Source: Hyalangium minutum (GTDB taxonomy: Bacteria > Myxococcota > Myxococcia > Myxococcales > Myxococcaceae). Taken from it: DNA of 64,000 bases. The notes under the pieces are model-generated. The model was not told the DNA's origin, searched no databases, and worked only from the letters and a program-made list of their open reading frames with translations. The position numbers and the translations under genes were made by a program. The stretch covers positions 868,001 to 932,000 of the forward strand of contig NZ_JMCB01000001.1 of assembly GCF_000737315.1 (NCBI RefSeq). The letters run 5' to 3'. This document shows, one piece after another, positions 56,266 through 64,000 of this stretch (position 1 is the stretch's first letter; each line of letters opens with the position of its first letter).

Positions 56266-57390
56266 CTACATGCTGGGCTGGACAGGCACCGCGGGGGGCG
56301 AGTTCGTGTCGCGCTTCTGCTCCACACTCGAAGCGGCGCGGAACTTCTGCTCGATCCCCTCGTAGGGGCCCCAGCCATGAGTCTCAGTGATCCGGGCCCG
56401 CAGCGTATCCTCACGCTGCCGCAGCGCCGCAGGATACTCCTGCTCGACGCTGGGGTCGAACACCCGATCGAGCAGATACGCCAAGCGCAGGCCCGCGTAG
56501 AGAACTCGCTCATTGGCCACGACGATGCCCTGCGTATAGTACACATCCCCCAGCGTCTGCCTCGGGACGGCACTGTAAGCGGTCGCGCGGTCGATGCGGC
56601 TCTCGTTCATCCAGTCGATGGGCAGCGTGTGGACGATGCTCTGCCACTGGCTCACGGGCATCTTCCGGGAGACCGCCTTCGCGTACGCCTTGTGACGATG
56701 AACGGAGTCACCGGGCACCTCCGGCAGGTGGTGCACGAACTGGTCGATCATGTGGAAGTCCCACACAGCATGGAGGTTGACGGGCTTCTGCTGCACCTTG
56801 GCCTCCACGCACTCGCCGGTGATGGGCTCGAACCAGATGTTGCTGCCCACACACTCCGCCCGGGGCGAGGCGCGCAGAATCTCGGGATACTCGTACGAGG
56901 ACACACCGTACCAGCTCACCTCATAGCCCTTGTTGCCCCCCTGATCATCCGGCCGTCCCACGTGCAGGGGCTGGTGCAGATCCCCCACCACGTGCCCGAG
57001 AAACCGCACCCAGGTGCGCTTCATCTCATCCGGGGTGGCGGAGGCGCGCAGCATGTCGAGCGCGATGAGGATGGAGCGCACGGGATCGCCCTCCTCACTC
57101 ACGACGCCCTTGTCGAAGTAGTCCGCGTGGTCGTGGATGTCCGCGAAGTGCCACTTGGCGGTGAACTTCCACGGGCTCGACTCGCCGCGCACCATGTCCG
57201 GCCACGTGCACTGCTGGGCGAACTCGGGTCCCATAAGGGCATCCAGCCGGGCCCGCGTGATGGCCGAGACATTGTTGTAGGCAATCTCGCACGCCGCCCA
57301 GTGCCCCGTCTCACGCCACGCGTGAGCCTGCGACGCCCAGAAGGTCAGAGTTGCGGCGAGGAACCCCTTCACAGCCTGGTGCTGCTTCAT
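56266..57390 (-). CDS. Secreted S1/P1 nuclease
   Basis: Signal peptide ending AHA, then W-RETGH; TWPDMVR, WHF, HVVGDLHQPLH, GGN, NLHAVWD. Confidence 0.93.
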   Translation of the reverse strand: MKQHQAVKGFLAATLTFWASQAHAWRETGHWAACEIAYNNVSAITRARLDALMGPEFAQQCTWPDMVRGESSPWKFTAKWHFADIHDHADYFDKGVVSEEGDPVRSILIALDMLRASATPDEMKRTWVRFLGHVVGDLHQPLHVGRPDDQGGNKGYEVSWYGVSSYEYPEILRASPRAECVGSNIWFEPITGECVEAKVQQKPVNLHAVWDFHMIDQFVHHLPEVPGDSVHRHKAYAKAVSRKMPVSQWQSIVHTLPIDWMNESRIDRATAYSAVPRQTLGDVYYTQGIVVANERVLYAGLRLAYLLDRVFDPSVEQEYPAALRQREDTLRARITETHGWGPYEGIEQKFRAASSVEQKRDTNSPPAVPVQPSM

Positions 57391-57646
57391 ATGTGACTTC
57401 CCCCTGTCCGGCGTGCAGTGCCCTGGCGCTGCACGACTCCGGCTTATCAACGGGGCGAGGGTGCGCTTATTCACGACGCAGACGACACGCACCTGCAGGA
57501 GTCAGCGCGCTCTCTGGTGGCCAGCACCGATCGCCGGTCCCCCTGGGAGGAGGGGTCGGTCTGGTCGTCAGCGCTCTCTGGTGAGCCTTGGCCGCTCACT
57601 CGTATTTCGACCAGCCCTCCTGGTTGGCTGCGCCGATCGCCTCGTA

Positions 57647-57667
57647 AGTGCCCGTTTTCTGGGCACT
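57647..57667. promoter_or_regulatory. Perfect 7-7-7 inverted repeat upstream of the beta-rich protein
   Basis: AGTGCCC-GTTTTCT-GGGCACT, about 120 bp upstream of the GTG start at 57790. Confidence 0.45.
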
Positions 57668-57789
57668 GGACGCACCTACATCCTCTACCCACCCACTCCC
57701 AGCCACTCACTTTCTGGGAAACCGCCCCCCTCACAACATTCCGTTCAGCTCCGGCGATAATCCGTCAAAGCACTTCCAGGAGAGATCCC

Positions 57790-59652
57790 GTGGCACGTAT
57801 CGATGGTGGTGGTTCGCGTCAGGTCCAGGCGCGCAAGCCGGAGCCGAAGCCCGAAGTTCAGGCCAAGTCCGCTCCCGCCTCCGAAAAATCCGCTCCCAAG
57901 GCCAAGGCCGAGTCCAAGCCGCAGCGCGATGGCTTCGACTCCAAGGGCAACCCGCAGGCCGCCGAGAAACCCAAGAGCCACGTCGCCGAGCGCAACACCA
58001 AGGCCTTCAACTCCGGCGCCCGCAACGAGATCAACCGCTTCGCCCAGTCCTCCAAGCCCGCCGCTACCACCAACAAGGACGGCTCGGTCACCCGCTCGAA
58101 AACCACCGAGAAGGGCAAGAACACCCGCACCCAAGAGCTCACCACCGACAAGGGCAAGCTCCGCGAGGCCCAGCTCAAGTACACCAACACCTCCACCACG
58201 AAGGTGAAGGGCGGCACCAACGAGGTGAAGAACTCCCACACCTCGCAGAGCGACATGTTCGGCCGCACCACCTCCTCCAAGCAGCGCGAGGCCACCGAGA
58301 CGCGCGGCAACACCGCCACCACCAAGTCCCGCACCGAGGCCACCGACCGCTGGGGCAACGTCAAGACGACCAAGGGCGAGACCACCAAGGTCTCCGACGG
58401 TGACAACTCCAAGAGCACCTCCAGCTCCGTCACCACCGATGGCAAGGGCAACCGCGCCGTCTCCAACGAGACGAAGACGGTCACCAAGGACGGCAACACC
58501 ACCACCACGAAGACCACCAAGAACTCGAGCGGCTCGGAGACGACCCACTCCTCCACCGCCAAGTACGAGAACGGCACGTACACCCTCGGTGAGTCCAAGG
58601 ACTGGAAGAACCAGAAGTTCAATACCGAGAAGAGCTTCTCCAAGGAGAAGGAGCTCAAGCCCAGCAGCGAGGACAAGGGCTTCACCCAGAAGCAGAAGAC
58701 CGACAAGCTCGGCAACGCGCAGACCGCGGGCAACCTGCTCGGCGCCGCCGGCGTGAAGAAGACGATCACCAAGGGCGAAGTCGACAAGAGCAAGATGCAC
58801 GAGAACAACAGCTCGACCGACCCCAACACCTTCGTCGGCAACCGCTACGGCTACTCCGGCAAGCACGAGGTGACGATCGGCGCCGATGGCGTGAACGCCT
58901 CGTTCAACCGCGAGGCCAAGGCCGGGCTCTACGCCGAGACCAAGACGCCTGACATCAAGAAGGGCGAGGCCGGCTACCAGGTCGGCGCCAACGCCAAGCT
59001 CGAGGCCGCCGCCAGCGTGGATGCCAAGGGCAAGCTGGACCTCAACGGCCTGGACGCCAGCGTCAACGCCAAGGTCGGCGTCACCGCCGAGGCCTCCGTC
59101 AACGGCAAGGCCCAGACGAAGAGCGTCAAGGTCGCCGGCGTGGACGTGAACGCCTCCGTCGAGGGCACCGCCAAGGTCTCCGCCTCCGCCACCGCCGAGG
59201 CCTCCGGCAAGGTGAAGGTCACCCGCAACCCGCCCACCGCCATCGCCGAGGGCACCGTCGGCGCCTCCGCCGTCGTCAAGGCCGAGGCCGAGGTGAAGGC
59301 CTCCGCGGGTCCCTTCGCCGTCAAGGCCACCGGCTACGCCAGCGCTGGCGCCGAGGCCAAGGCCACCGGCACCATTGGCTACGAGGATGGCAAGATCAAG
59401 CTCGGCGGCAGCCTGGGCGCCGCGCTCGGCGTGGGCGCGGGCGGCTCGGTCAACGTCGAGGTCGACGTCAAGCAGATCGGCGAGATGGCGAAGAACACCG
59501 CCGTGAAGGTCGCCGACGCCAACGGTGACGGCAAGCTGGGCCTGGATGACGCGAAGGCCGTGGCCAACAACGTCAAGGACGCCGCCGTCAACACCGCCAA
59601 GAACGTCGTGGACAACACGAAGAAGACTGTCATGGGGTGGCTCGGCTGGTGA
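57790..59652 (+). CDS. Hypothetical 620-aa Cys-free protein, Thr/Lys-rich N-half and Ala/Val/Gly beta-rich C-half
   Basis: AGGAG RBS then GTG; strongly GC3-biased codons; no signal peptide; alternating hydrophobic/polar strands. Confidence 0.85.
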   Translation: MARIDGGGSRQVQARKPEPKPEVQAKSAPASEKSAPKAKAESKPQRDGFDSKGNPQAAEKPKSHVAERNTKAFNSGARNEINRFAQSSKPAATTNKDGSVTRSKTTEKGKNTRTQELTTDKGKLREAQLKYTNTSTTKVKGGTNEVKNSHTSQSDMFGRTTSSKQREATETRGNTATTKSRTEATDRWGNVKTTKGETTKVSDGDNSKSTSSSVTTDGKGNRAVSNETKTVTKDGNTTTTKTTKNSSGSETTHSSTAKYENGTYTLGESKDWKNQKFNTEKSFSKEKELKPSSEDKGFTQKQKTDKLGNAQTAGNLLGAAGVKKTITKGEVDKSKMHENNSSTDPNTFVGNRYGYSGKHEVTIGADGVNASFNREAKAGLYAETKTPDIKKGEAGYQVGANAKLEAAASVDAKGKLDLNGLDASVNAKVGVTAEASVNGKAQTKSVKVAGVDVNASVEGTAKVSASATAEASGKVKVTRNPPTAIAEGTVGASAVVKAEAEVKASAGPFAVKATGYASAGAEAKATGTIGYEDGKIKLGGSLGAALGVGAGGSVNVEVDVKQIGEMAKNTAVKVADANGDGKLGLDDAKAVANNVKDAAVNTAKNVVDNTKKTVMGWLGW

Positions 59653-59711
59653 CGTGAACCTGCCTCCCGGCTGCTCGTCTTCACCCGGCTTCTGAGGGAT
59701 ACTTCCGACCG

Positions 59712-61025
59712 ATGGTCCAGAGCGAACTCTACCGACGTGGCTACGAGCAGCTGAAGGCAGGCAACTACGAGGAGGCGAAGCGTCTCTTCCGGGAGAACGA
59801 GGAGAAGGCCGGCACCGCCGCCGAGACCAAGTCCTTGTTGCGCCAGGCGGAGACGCTGCTCGCCAAGGGCGACGTCAACGCCGCCGCAGCGCTCTACGAG
59901 AAGCTCCTGGAGCGCAACCCGGGTCTGCCCGAAGTCTACCTCGGGCTGACCCGCATCAGCCTCTTCACCGGCCAGCGGGACGCGGCGCGGGTGCACGCCA
60001 CCGCGGCCACCCGGCTCGGGCCGGAGCAAGGCCTGGCCTGGGCCCTGCTCGGCATGGTGCACGAGGCGGAGGGAGACATGCCCACCGCCCTGCAGCACCT
60101 GAAGAAGGCCTCGGAGGTATCGCCCTCGGTCTTCCTGTGCCAGTTCAACTACGGCCGGGTGCTGGCCGCGGCCGGCCGCCCCGCCGAGGGCATCGTCCCG
60201 CTCAAGCGCGCCACCGAGCTGGAGCCGAACAACCCGGACGGCTTCTACACGCTCGGCATCCTCTTCAAGCAGGCCCGCCAGTACGAGAACGCGCTCAAGG
60301 CCTTCGAGAAGGCGAAGGATCTGGCCCCCAAGAACGTGGACGCCTGGGCCACGCTCGCGGACGTGCTCTTCGAGGTGAAGGAGTTCCAGGCGGCGCGCGA
60401 CATCCTGGACCGGGGCCTCGCGGCCTGCGGAGACCATCCGGCGCTGCTGGAGAAGGCGCTGGCCACGGCGATGATGCTCTCGGATGCCGAGGGTGCCATC
60501 GGCTACGTGGAGCGCGAGCTCAAGGTGGTGCCGAACCACGAGCAGGGCTGGCTCAACCTGGCCCACCTGCTGCTGCTCACCAAGGACTTCGACAAGAGCG
60601 AGCAAGCGGCGCGCGAGCTGCTCCAGCGCAACCCGAAGAACTGGGAGGCGTGGTTCCACCTGGGCAACCTCTACGAGGCCGTCCCCGCCGAGGCGAAGGC
60701 CGAGGAGGCCTACCGCAAGGCCATCGAGCTGGCCCCCGACAGCTGGAAGCCCCTGGCCAACCTCGCCGGGCTCTTCATCCAGATGGACTCGCGCGCCAAG
60801 AACTCCGAGGCCATTCCCCTGCTGGAGCAGGCGCAGATGCTCGCGCCCAAGGGCGAGTGGCGCGTGCAGTACAACCTGGCGCTCGGCTACACCAAGCTCG
60901 GCAAGCGCGAGCGCGCCCTGGAGCTCGCCCGGAAGATCCAGCGCGAAGCCCCCGCCAGCGACCCCATGGTCGCCGAGGCCCGCAAGCTGGAGTCCAACCT
61001 GCTCGAGGCGGCCGCACGCCACTGA
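59712..61025 (+). CDS. All-TPR protein without a catalytic domain
   Basis: Repeated TPR consensus (AWALLG, QFNYG, FYTLG, AWATLA, GWLNLA, AWFHLG, QYNLA); no signal peptide. Confidence 0.92.
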   Translation: MVQSELYRRGYEQLKAGNYEEAKRLFRENEEKAGTAAETKSLLRQAETLLAKGDVNAAAALYEKLLERNPGLPEVYLGLTRISLFTGQRDAARVHATAATRLGPEQGLAWALLGMVHEAEGDMPTALQHLKKASEVSPSVFLCQFNYGRVLAAAGRPAEGIVPLKRATELEPNNPDGFYTLGILFKQARQYENALKAFEKAKDLAPKNVDAWATLADVLFEVKEFQAARDILDRGLAACGDHPALLEKALATAMMLSDAEGAIGYVERELKVVPNHEQGWLNLAHLLLLTKDFDKSEQAARELLQRNPKNWEAWFHLGNLYEAVPAEAKAEEAYRKAIELAPDSWKPLANLAGLFIQMDSRAKNSEAIPLLEQAQMLAPKGEWRVQYNLALGYTKLGKRERALELARKIQREAPASDPMVAEARKLESNLLEAAARH

Positions 61026-61049
61026 GCGCGGCCGTGGCCCGGCTCTCCG

Positions 61050-61904
61050 TCAGAAGCCGGTGAGCACGAAGAGGGAGCGCTGCCCGTTGACGGCGTAGGC
61101 AATGGCCTTGCCGTCCGGGGACACGTCCACATCCTTGAAGGCCGTGCCCTGCTTCAGCAGCTTGCGCGTCGGCGCCCCGCTGCCGTTGAGCGTGATCAGC
61201 TCCAGGCCCTCGTCGGTCACGGCCGCGAGCTGGTTGCCATCCGGGAACCAGTCCGCCGAGCTCAGGTAGTTGCTCGTGTCGAGCGCCGTCGTCGTCGTGT
61301 CGCTCTCCAGACTGCGAATCCGGATGTCGTCGTTGGAGAAGTCCCGGTAGAGCAGCTTCTTCCCATCCGGAGAGAAGCGCAGCCCGTACACGTTGCTCTG
61401 CGAGGCGATCTCCCGCTTCGTGTTGTCCGCCAGCTTGAGCAGCACCACGTCATACGCCTGGTACCCCAGGTACTGGCCGTCCGCGGACACGTCGAGGCCC
61501 TTGGGCGCCTGGAACGGCTTGATGACCTGGCGGGGAGTGCCTCCCGTGGACGCCACCGCGTTCACCGCCTCGTCGCGCGAGAAGAAGAGCTCCCCGCTGG
61601 TGGGGTGCCACGCGCTCTCGCAGAAGGTGTCGCACCGGTCCGAGAGCACCTGGAGGTTCTTCCCATCCCGGCCGATGACCGCCAGCGAGGGCGACCCCGC
61701 GTTGTGGTTGAACGACAGCCGCTGCCCATCTGGCGAGAAGCGCGGCGAGCCCGCCGTCACGCCCGCGGGCATGGTGATTTCCTGCACCTGCACGCCGCCC
61801 GTGGGATTCGGGTTGGGGTTCGGGTTGGGATCCGGATCGGGTCCCTCCGAGTTCGACTTACACGCGGCGAGCCACAGGACGCAGGCGAGGGTCAGGTAAC
61901 GCAG
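61050..61904 (-). CDS. TolB/PD40-like beta-propeller lipoprotein with a predicted CTG start
   Basis: Frame is open 37 codons upstream of the track start and encodes (M)RYLTLACVLWLAAC-KSNSEGPDPDPNPNPNPNP; PD40 repeats (PRFSPDG, WHP, FSPDGK, WFPDG, VSPDGK). Confidence 0.85.
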   Translation of the reverse strand: MRYLTLACVLWLAACKSNSEGPDPDPNPNPNPNPTGGVQVQEITMPAGVTAGSPRFSPDGQRLSFNHNAGSPSLAVIGRDGKNLQVLSDRCDTFCESAWHPTSGELFFSRDEAVNAVASTGGTPRQVIKPFQAPKGLDVSADGQYLGYQAYDVVLLKLADNTKREIASQSNVYGLRFSPDGKKLLYRDFSNDDIRIRSLESDTTTTALDTSNYLSSADWFPDGNQLAAVTDEGLELITLNGSGAPTRKLLKQGTAFKDVDVSPDGKAIAYAVNGQRSLFVLTGF

Positions 61905-61971
61905 GGAAGGCCTCCTTGAGAAGACAGCCCCCCATCATACCCTCCACGGATCCAGCTACTATGGGGTCCGG

Positions 61972-63636
61972 GTGAACTTGGGAGTGAAGGCACACGTCGT
62001 CATCCTTGGCCTGCTGCTCGCGCTGGTAGGGCCCGCGCATGCCCAGGGGAGTCCCCCGCGCCGCCCTCCCCTCGTCTTCAGCGGCAACCTCGTGCTGAAT
62101 GACGAGGTCTACCTGGCCGTGCTCGATCTGCCGCCGGACTTCGCGCCCGACAAGAGCGGCGCCGCCCTGGTGCGCTCCCGGCTGCTCACGTTCCTGCACC
62201 GCGCGGGCTACGAGCTGGCGCGCGTCGAGACGGCGGTGGAGGGCAACCGCATCCTCGTGGACATCGACGAGGGGCGCGTCGAGAAGCTCATCCTCCGAGG
62301 CCAGGGCTCGCTGCGCACGGTGCAGGTGCTGCTGAGCCTGAGCCTGCCACACAACGTCTTCAACCGGCCCTACCTCGAGCGGCAGCTGGCGGATCTGCAC
62401 GCGCAGAGCGGCGTGGAGTTCGAGTGCTTCAAGAAGGAGCCCACCGGCACGAAGCCGAGCACGGGGACGGAGTGCTTCAAGCTGGTACCCACCAGCGAGG
62501 TGAAGCACGTAGGTCCCCAGGTGGAGGACCTGGGTCCCATCGTCGATGACATTGGCCGGTTCGTCGGCCATCCCCTCATCCCTCCCCGCGCGGACTACGA
62601 GCTGCACATCTTCCTGCGCCGCCGAGAGTGGGCCACGGGGCTGGGCGTCGTCGCGGGGCTCGGCGGCGGAGAGGGCCTGCGGCTGGGCGCCGAGTACCGC
62701 GGTGAGGGGCTCGCCCTCGCGAAGGATCGCTGGAGCGCCGGCGCGCAGCTCGGGGCGAAGATCCGCTCGCGCATCTCCAATGACCGGGCATACCTGGCGC
62801 TGACCCGTGCCCAGGCGGAGCTGCACTGGTACACGCCGCGCCTGCGCCTCGGCCTGCGGCCCGTGCTGACGGCCCGCGGGGAGCTCATCAGCCGCCAGCG
62901 CCCCGACATCGGGCTGGAGAGCTACTACGCCATGCGCGCGCAGCTCACGCTGGGCCTGAGCTATGACTTGTTCCGAGGTGCCACGGTGGCCCTGGGAGTG
63001 GGGGGCGAGGAGCTCGACGTCTTCGGGCTGAAGCCGGCAATGGAGGGCGTGGGCCCTGCCGCGGGCGTGGGCCCGAGCTCCACGCTGCGCCCCTACCTGA
63101 GCAGCACGGCGCACCTGGTGTTCGACATGGATGAGGTCCGCCGGGATCGCCGCACCGAGCTCGAGTTCAACGGGCGCCAATACCCGCGCGAGTCCGGGCG
63201 CGGCTACGGCGTCATCTCGTACCGGTTCCAGCGCGTCAACGAGGTGGGCTGGCATGATCTGATGCTCACGAGCCGGGGCGCCTGGCTCTGGGGCAACGTG
63301 CCCTTCATCGAGGAGCAGCCCGTGGGCGGCCTGCACGTGCGCGGCGTCTTCGATGATCGCTTCTACGCCAAGCACGTGGCCAGCGGAGGCATGGAGGTGC
63401 GCTTCTCCCTCACGCGCGACATCTACAAGGTGGGGGGGTTCGCGGACGTGGCCGTGTTCGGGGAGCTCGATCGGGGCAGCGGCTCCGAGAAGCCCCGCGT
63501 GGTGGGCAGCGCGGGCCCGAGCTTCCACGTGCTCATCGCGGACGTCTTCCAGTTGGATCTCTATTACGCGCTCGGGTTCGCGGGCCACGGAGAGGCCGAG
63601 CGCGGCTTCACGGCGGCCCTCCGGCAAGCGTTCTGA
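61972..63636 (+). CDS. Omp85-family outer membrane protein with two POTRA-like domains
   Basis: Signal peptide (..PAHA); GY..ARV...IDEGRVEK; amphipathic strands; VRGVF loop-6-type motif; C-terminal F. Confidence 0.82.
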   Translation: MNLGVKAHVVILGLLLALVGPAHAQGSPPRRPPLVFSGNLVLNDEVYLAVLDLPPDFAPDKSGAALVRSRLLTFLHRAGYELARVETAVEGNRILVDIDEGRVEKLILRGQGSLRTVQVLLSLSLPHNVFNRPYLERQLADLHAQSGVEFECFKKEPTGTKPSTGTECFKLVPTSEVKHVGPQVEDLGPIVDDIGRFVGHPLIPPRADYELHIFLRRREWATGLGVVAGLGGGEGLRLGAEYRGEGLALAKDRWSAGAQLGAKIRSRISNDRAYLALTRAQAELHWYTPRLRLGLRPVLTARGELISRQRPDIGLESYYAMRAQLTLGLSYDLFRGATVALGVGGEELDVFGLKPAMEGVGPAAGVGPSSTLRPYLSSTAHLVFDMDEVRRDRRTELEFNGRQYPRESGRGYGVISYRFQRVNEVGWHDLMLTSRGAWLWGNVPFIEEQPVGGLHVRGVFDDRFYAKHVASGGMEVRFSLTRDIYKVGGFADVAVFGELDRGSGSEKPRVVGSAGPSFHVLIADVFQLDLYYALGFAGHGEAERGFTAALRQAF

Positions 63637-63664
63637 CGGCACGGGCCCGCAAGCCCCGCGCGGC

Positions 63665-64000
63665 TCACGGGCTGCCCGGCGTGGGCGGCGGCGGCGGCGG
63701 CGGCGTCAGGATGTACGGCTCGGGCTGCTGCTGCTGCTGCGGAGCGACCGGAGCGCCGCTGAGCGGGGTCAGCTCGTAGAGGCGCTCGGGCTTGTAGCCC
63801 ATGATCCACAGGAACGGCACGAGCACGAAGAAGCCGCCAATGCACGGCCCGACCTGGAACTCCTCGTTGCGAACGAAGAAGGTCTCGTAGTCCTCGTAGC
63901 CCTCGCGGCGCAGCTTCACACGCGTGGTGGAGCTGACCGTCTTGGTGTCCGTATGGACGTAGGGGGTCTGCCCCACTTTGCTGCCGTCGATGTAGACGGT
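63665..64000 (-). CDS. PEGA domain protein, 5' end outside the window
   Basis: TVYIDGSKVGQTP...VKLRREGY; hydrophobic segment and Gln/Pro tail. Confidence 0.8.
   Translation of the reverse strand, partial: TVYIDGSKVGQTPYVHTDTKTVSSTTRVKLRREGYEDYETFFVRNEEFQVGPCIGGFFVLVPFLWIMGYKPERLYELTPLSGAPVAPQQQQQPEPYILTPPPPPPPTPGSP

Noticed and set aside
57655-57680. Sigma-54 promoter before the beta-rich protein
   Set aside because: GG and GC are not separated by the required 10 nt.
57745-58866. Hydrophobic-looking - strand ORFs (57745-58866, 57858-58841)
   Set aside because: Antisense to the strongly codon-biased Thr/Lys-rich gene; the Leu/Val/Gly richness is the mirror of AAG/ACC codons.
61858-63642. 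594-aa - strand ORF, considered as the missing 5' part of the TolB-like gene
   Set aside because: Different frame from the TolB-like CDS and antisense to the Omp85 gene.
63665-63745. Poly-Gln/poly-Pro microsatellite-like tract
   Set aside because: Ordinary low-complexity tail typical of myxobacterial proteins.

Overview
A high-GC myxobacterial chromosome segment (Myxococcales; Archangiaceae/Stigmatella-like by gene content, inferred). 1-40.6 kb is mostly core genome: PP2C phosphatase (partial), recN, SWIM-SNF2 helicase, 2-hydroxyacid dehydrogenase, apt, TetR-MFS-MBL operon, a very large Cys-rich adhesin-like lipoprotein, ABC-2 exporter, 5'-nucleotidase, Ser/Thr kinase, nadK, rarA, an HsfB/HsfA-like hybrid kinase plus sigma-54 activator, a pseudo-receiver GGDEF protein, a GT2/YdjC/GT-C/methyltransferase envelope-modification cluster, fadIJ, hemE, a lipoprotein isoamylase, and tRNA-Val/tRNA-Asp with a terminator. 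After the tRNAs (40.7-64 kb) the region looks accessory: a Fur-boxed siderophore uptake locus (PepSY-TM operon, MxcI-like lipoprotein, TonB-fused MxcH-like receptor), a nocturnin/CCR4-like EEP hydrolase, MATE, GH16-fascin lipoprotein, a thioredoxin-like remnant, a Cys-domain/T2SSE_N/FHA fusion, orphan PadR, S1/P1 nuclease, a 620-aa Cys-free beta-rich protein paired with an all-TPR protein, a TolB-like lipoprotein that appears to need a CTG start, and a two-POTRA Omp85 protein. No CRISPR array, integrase, transposase or rRNA was seen. The best candidate for an undescribed system is the 57.8-63.6 kb cluster. All family assignments come from motif recognition by eye; no database search was run.
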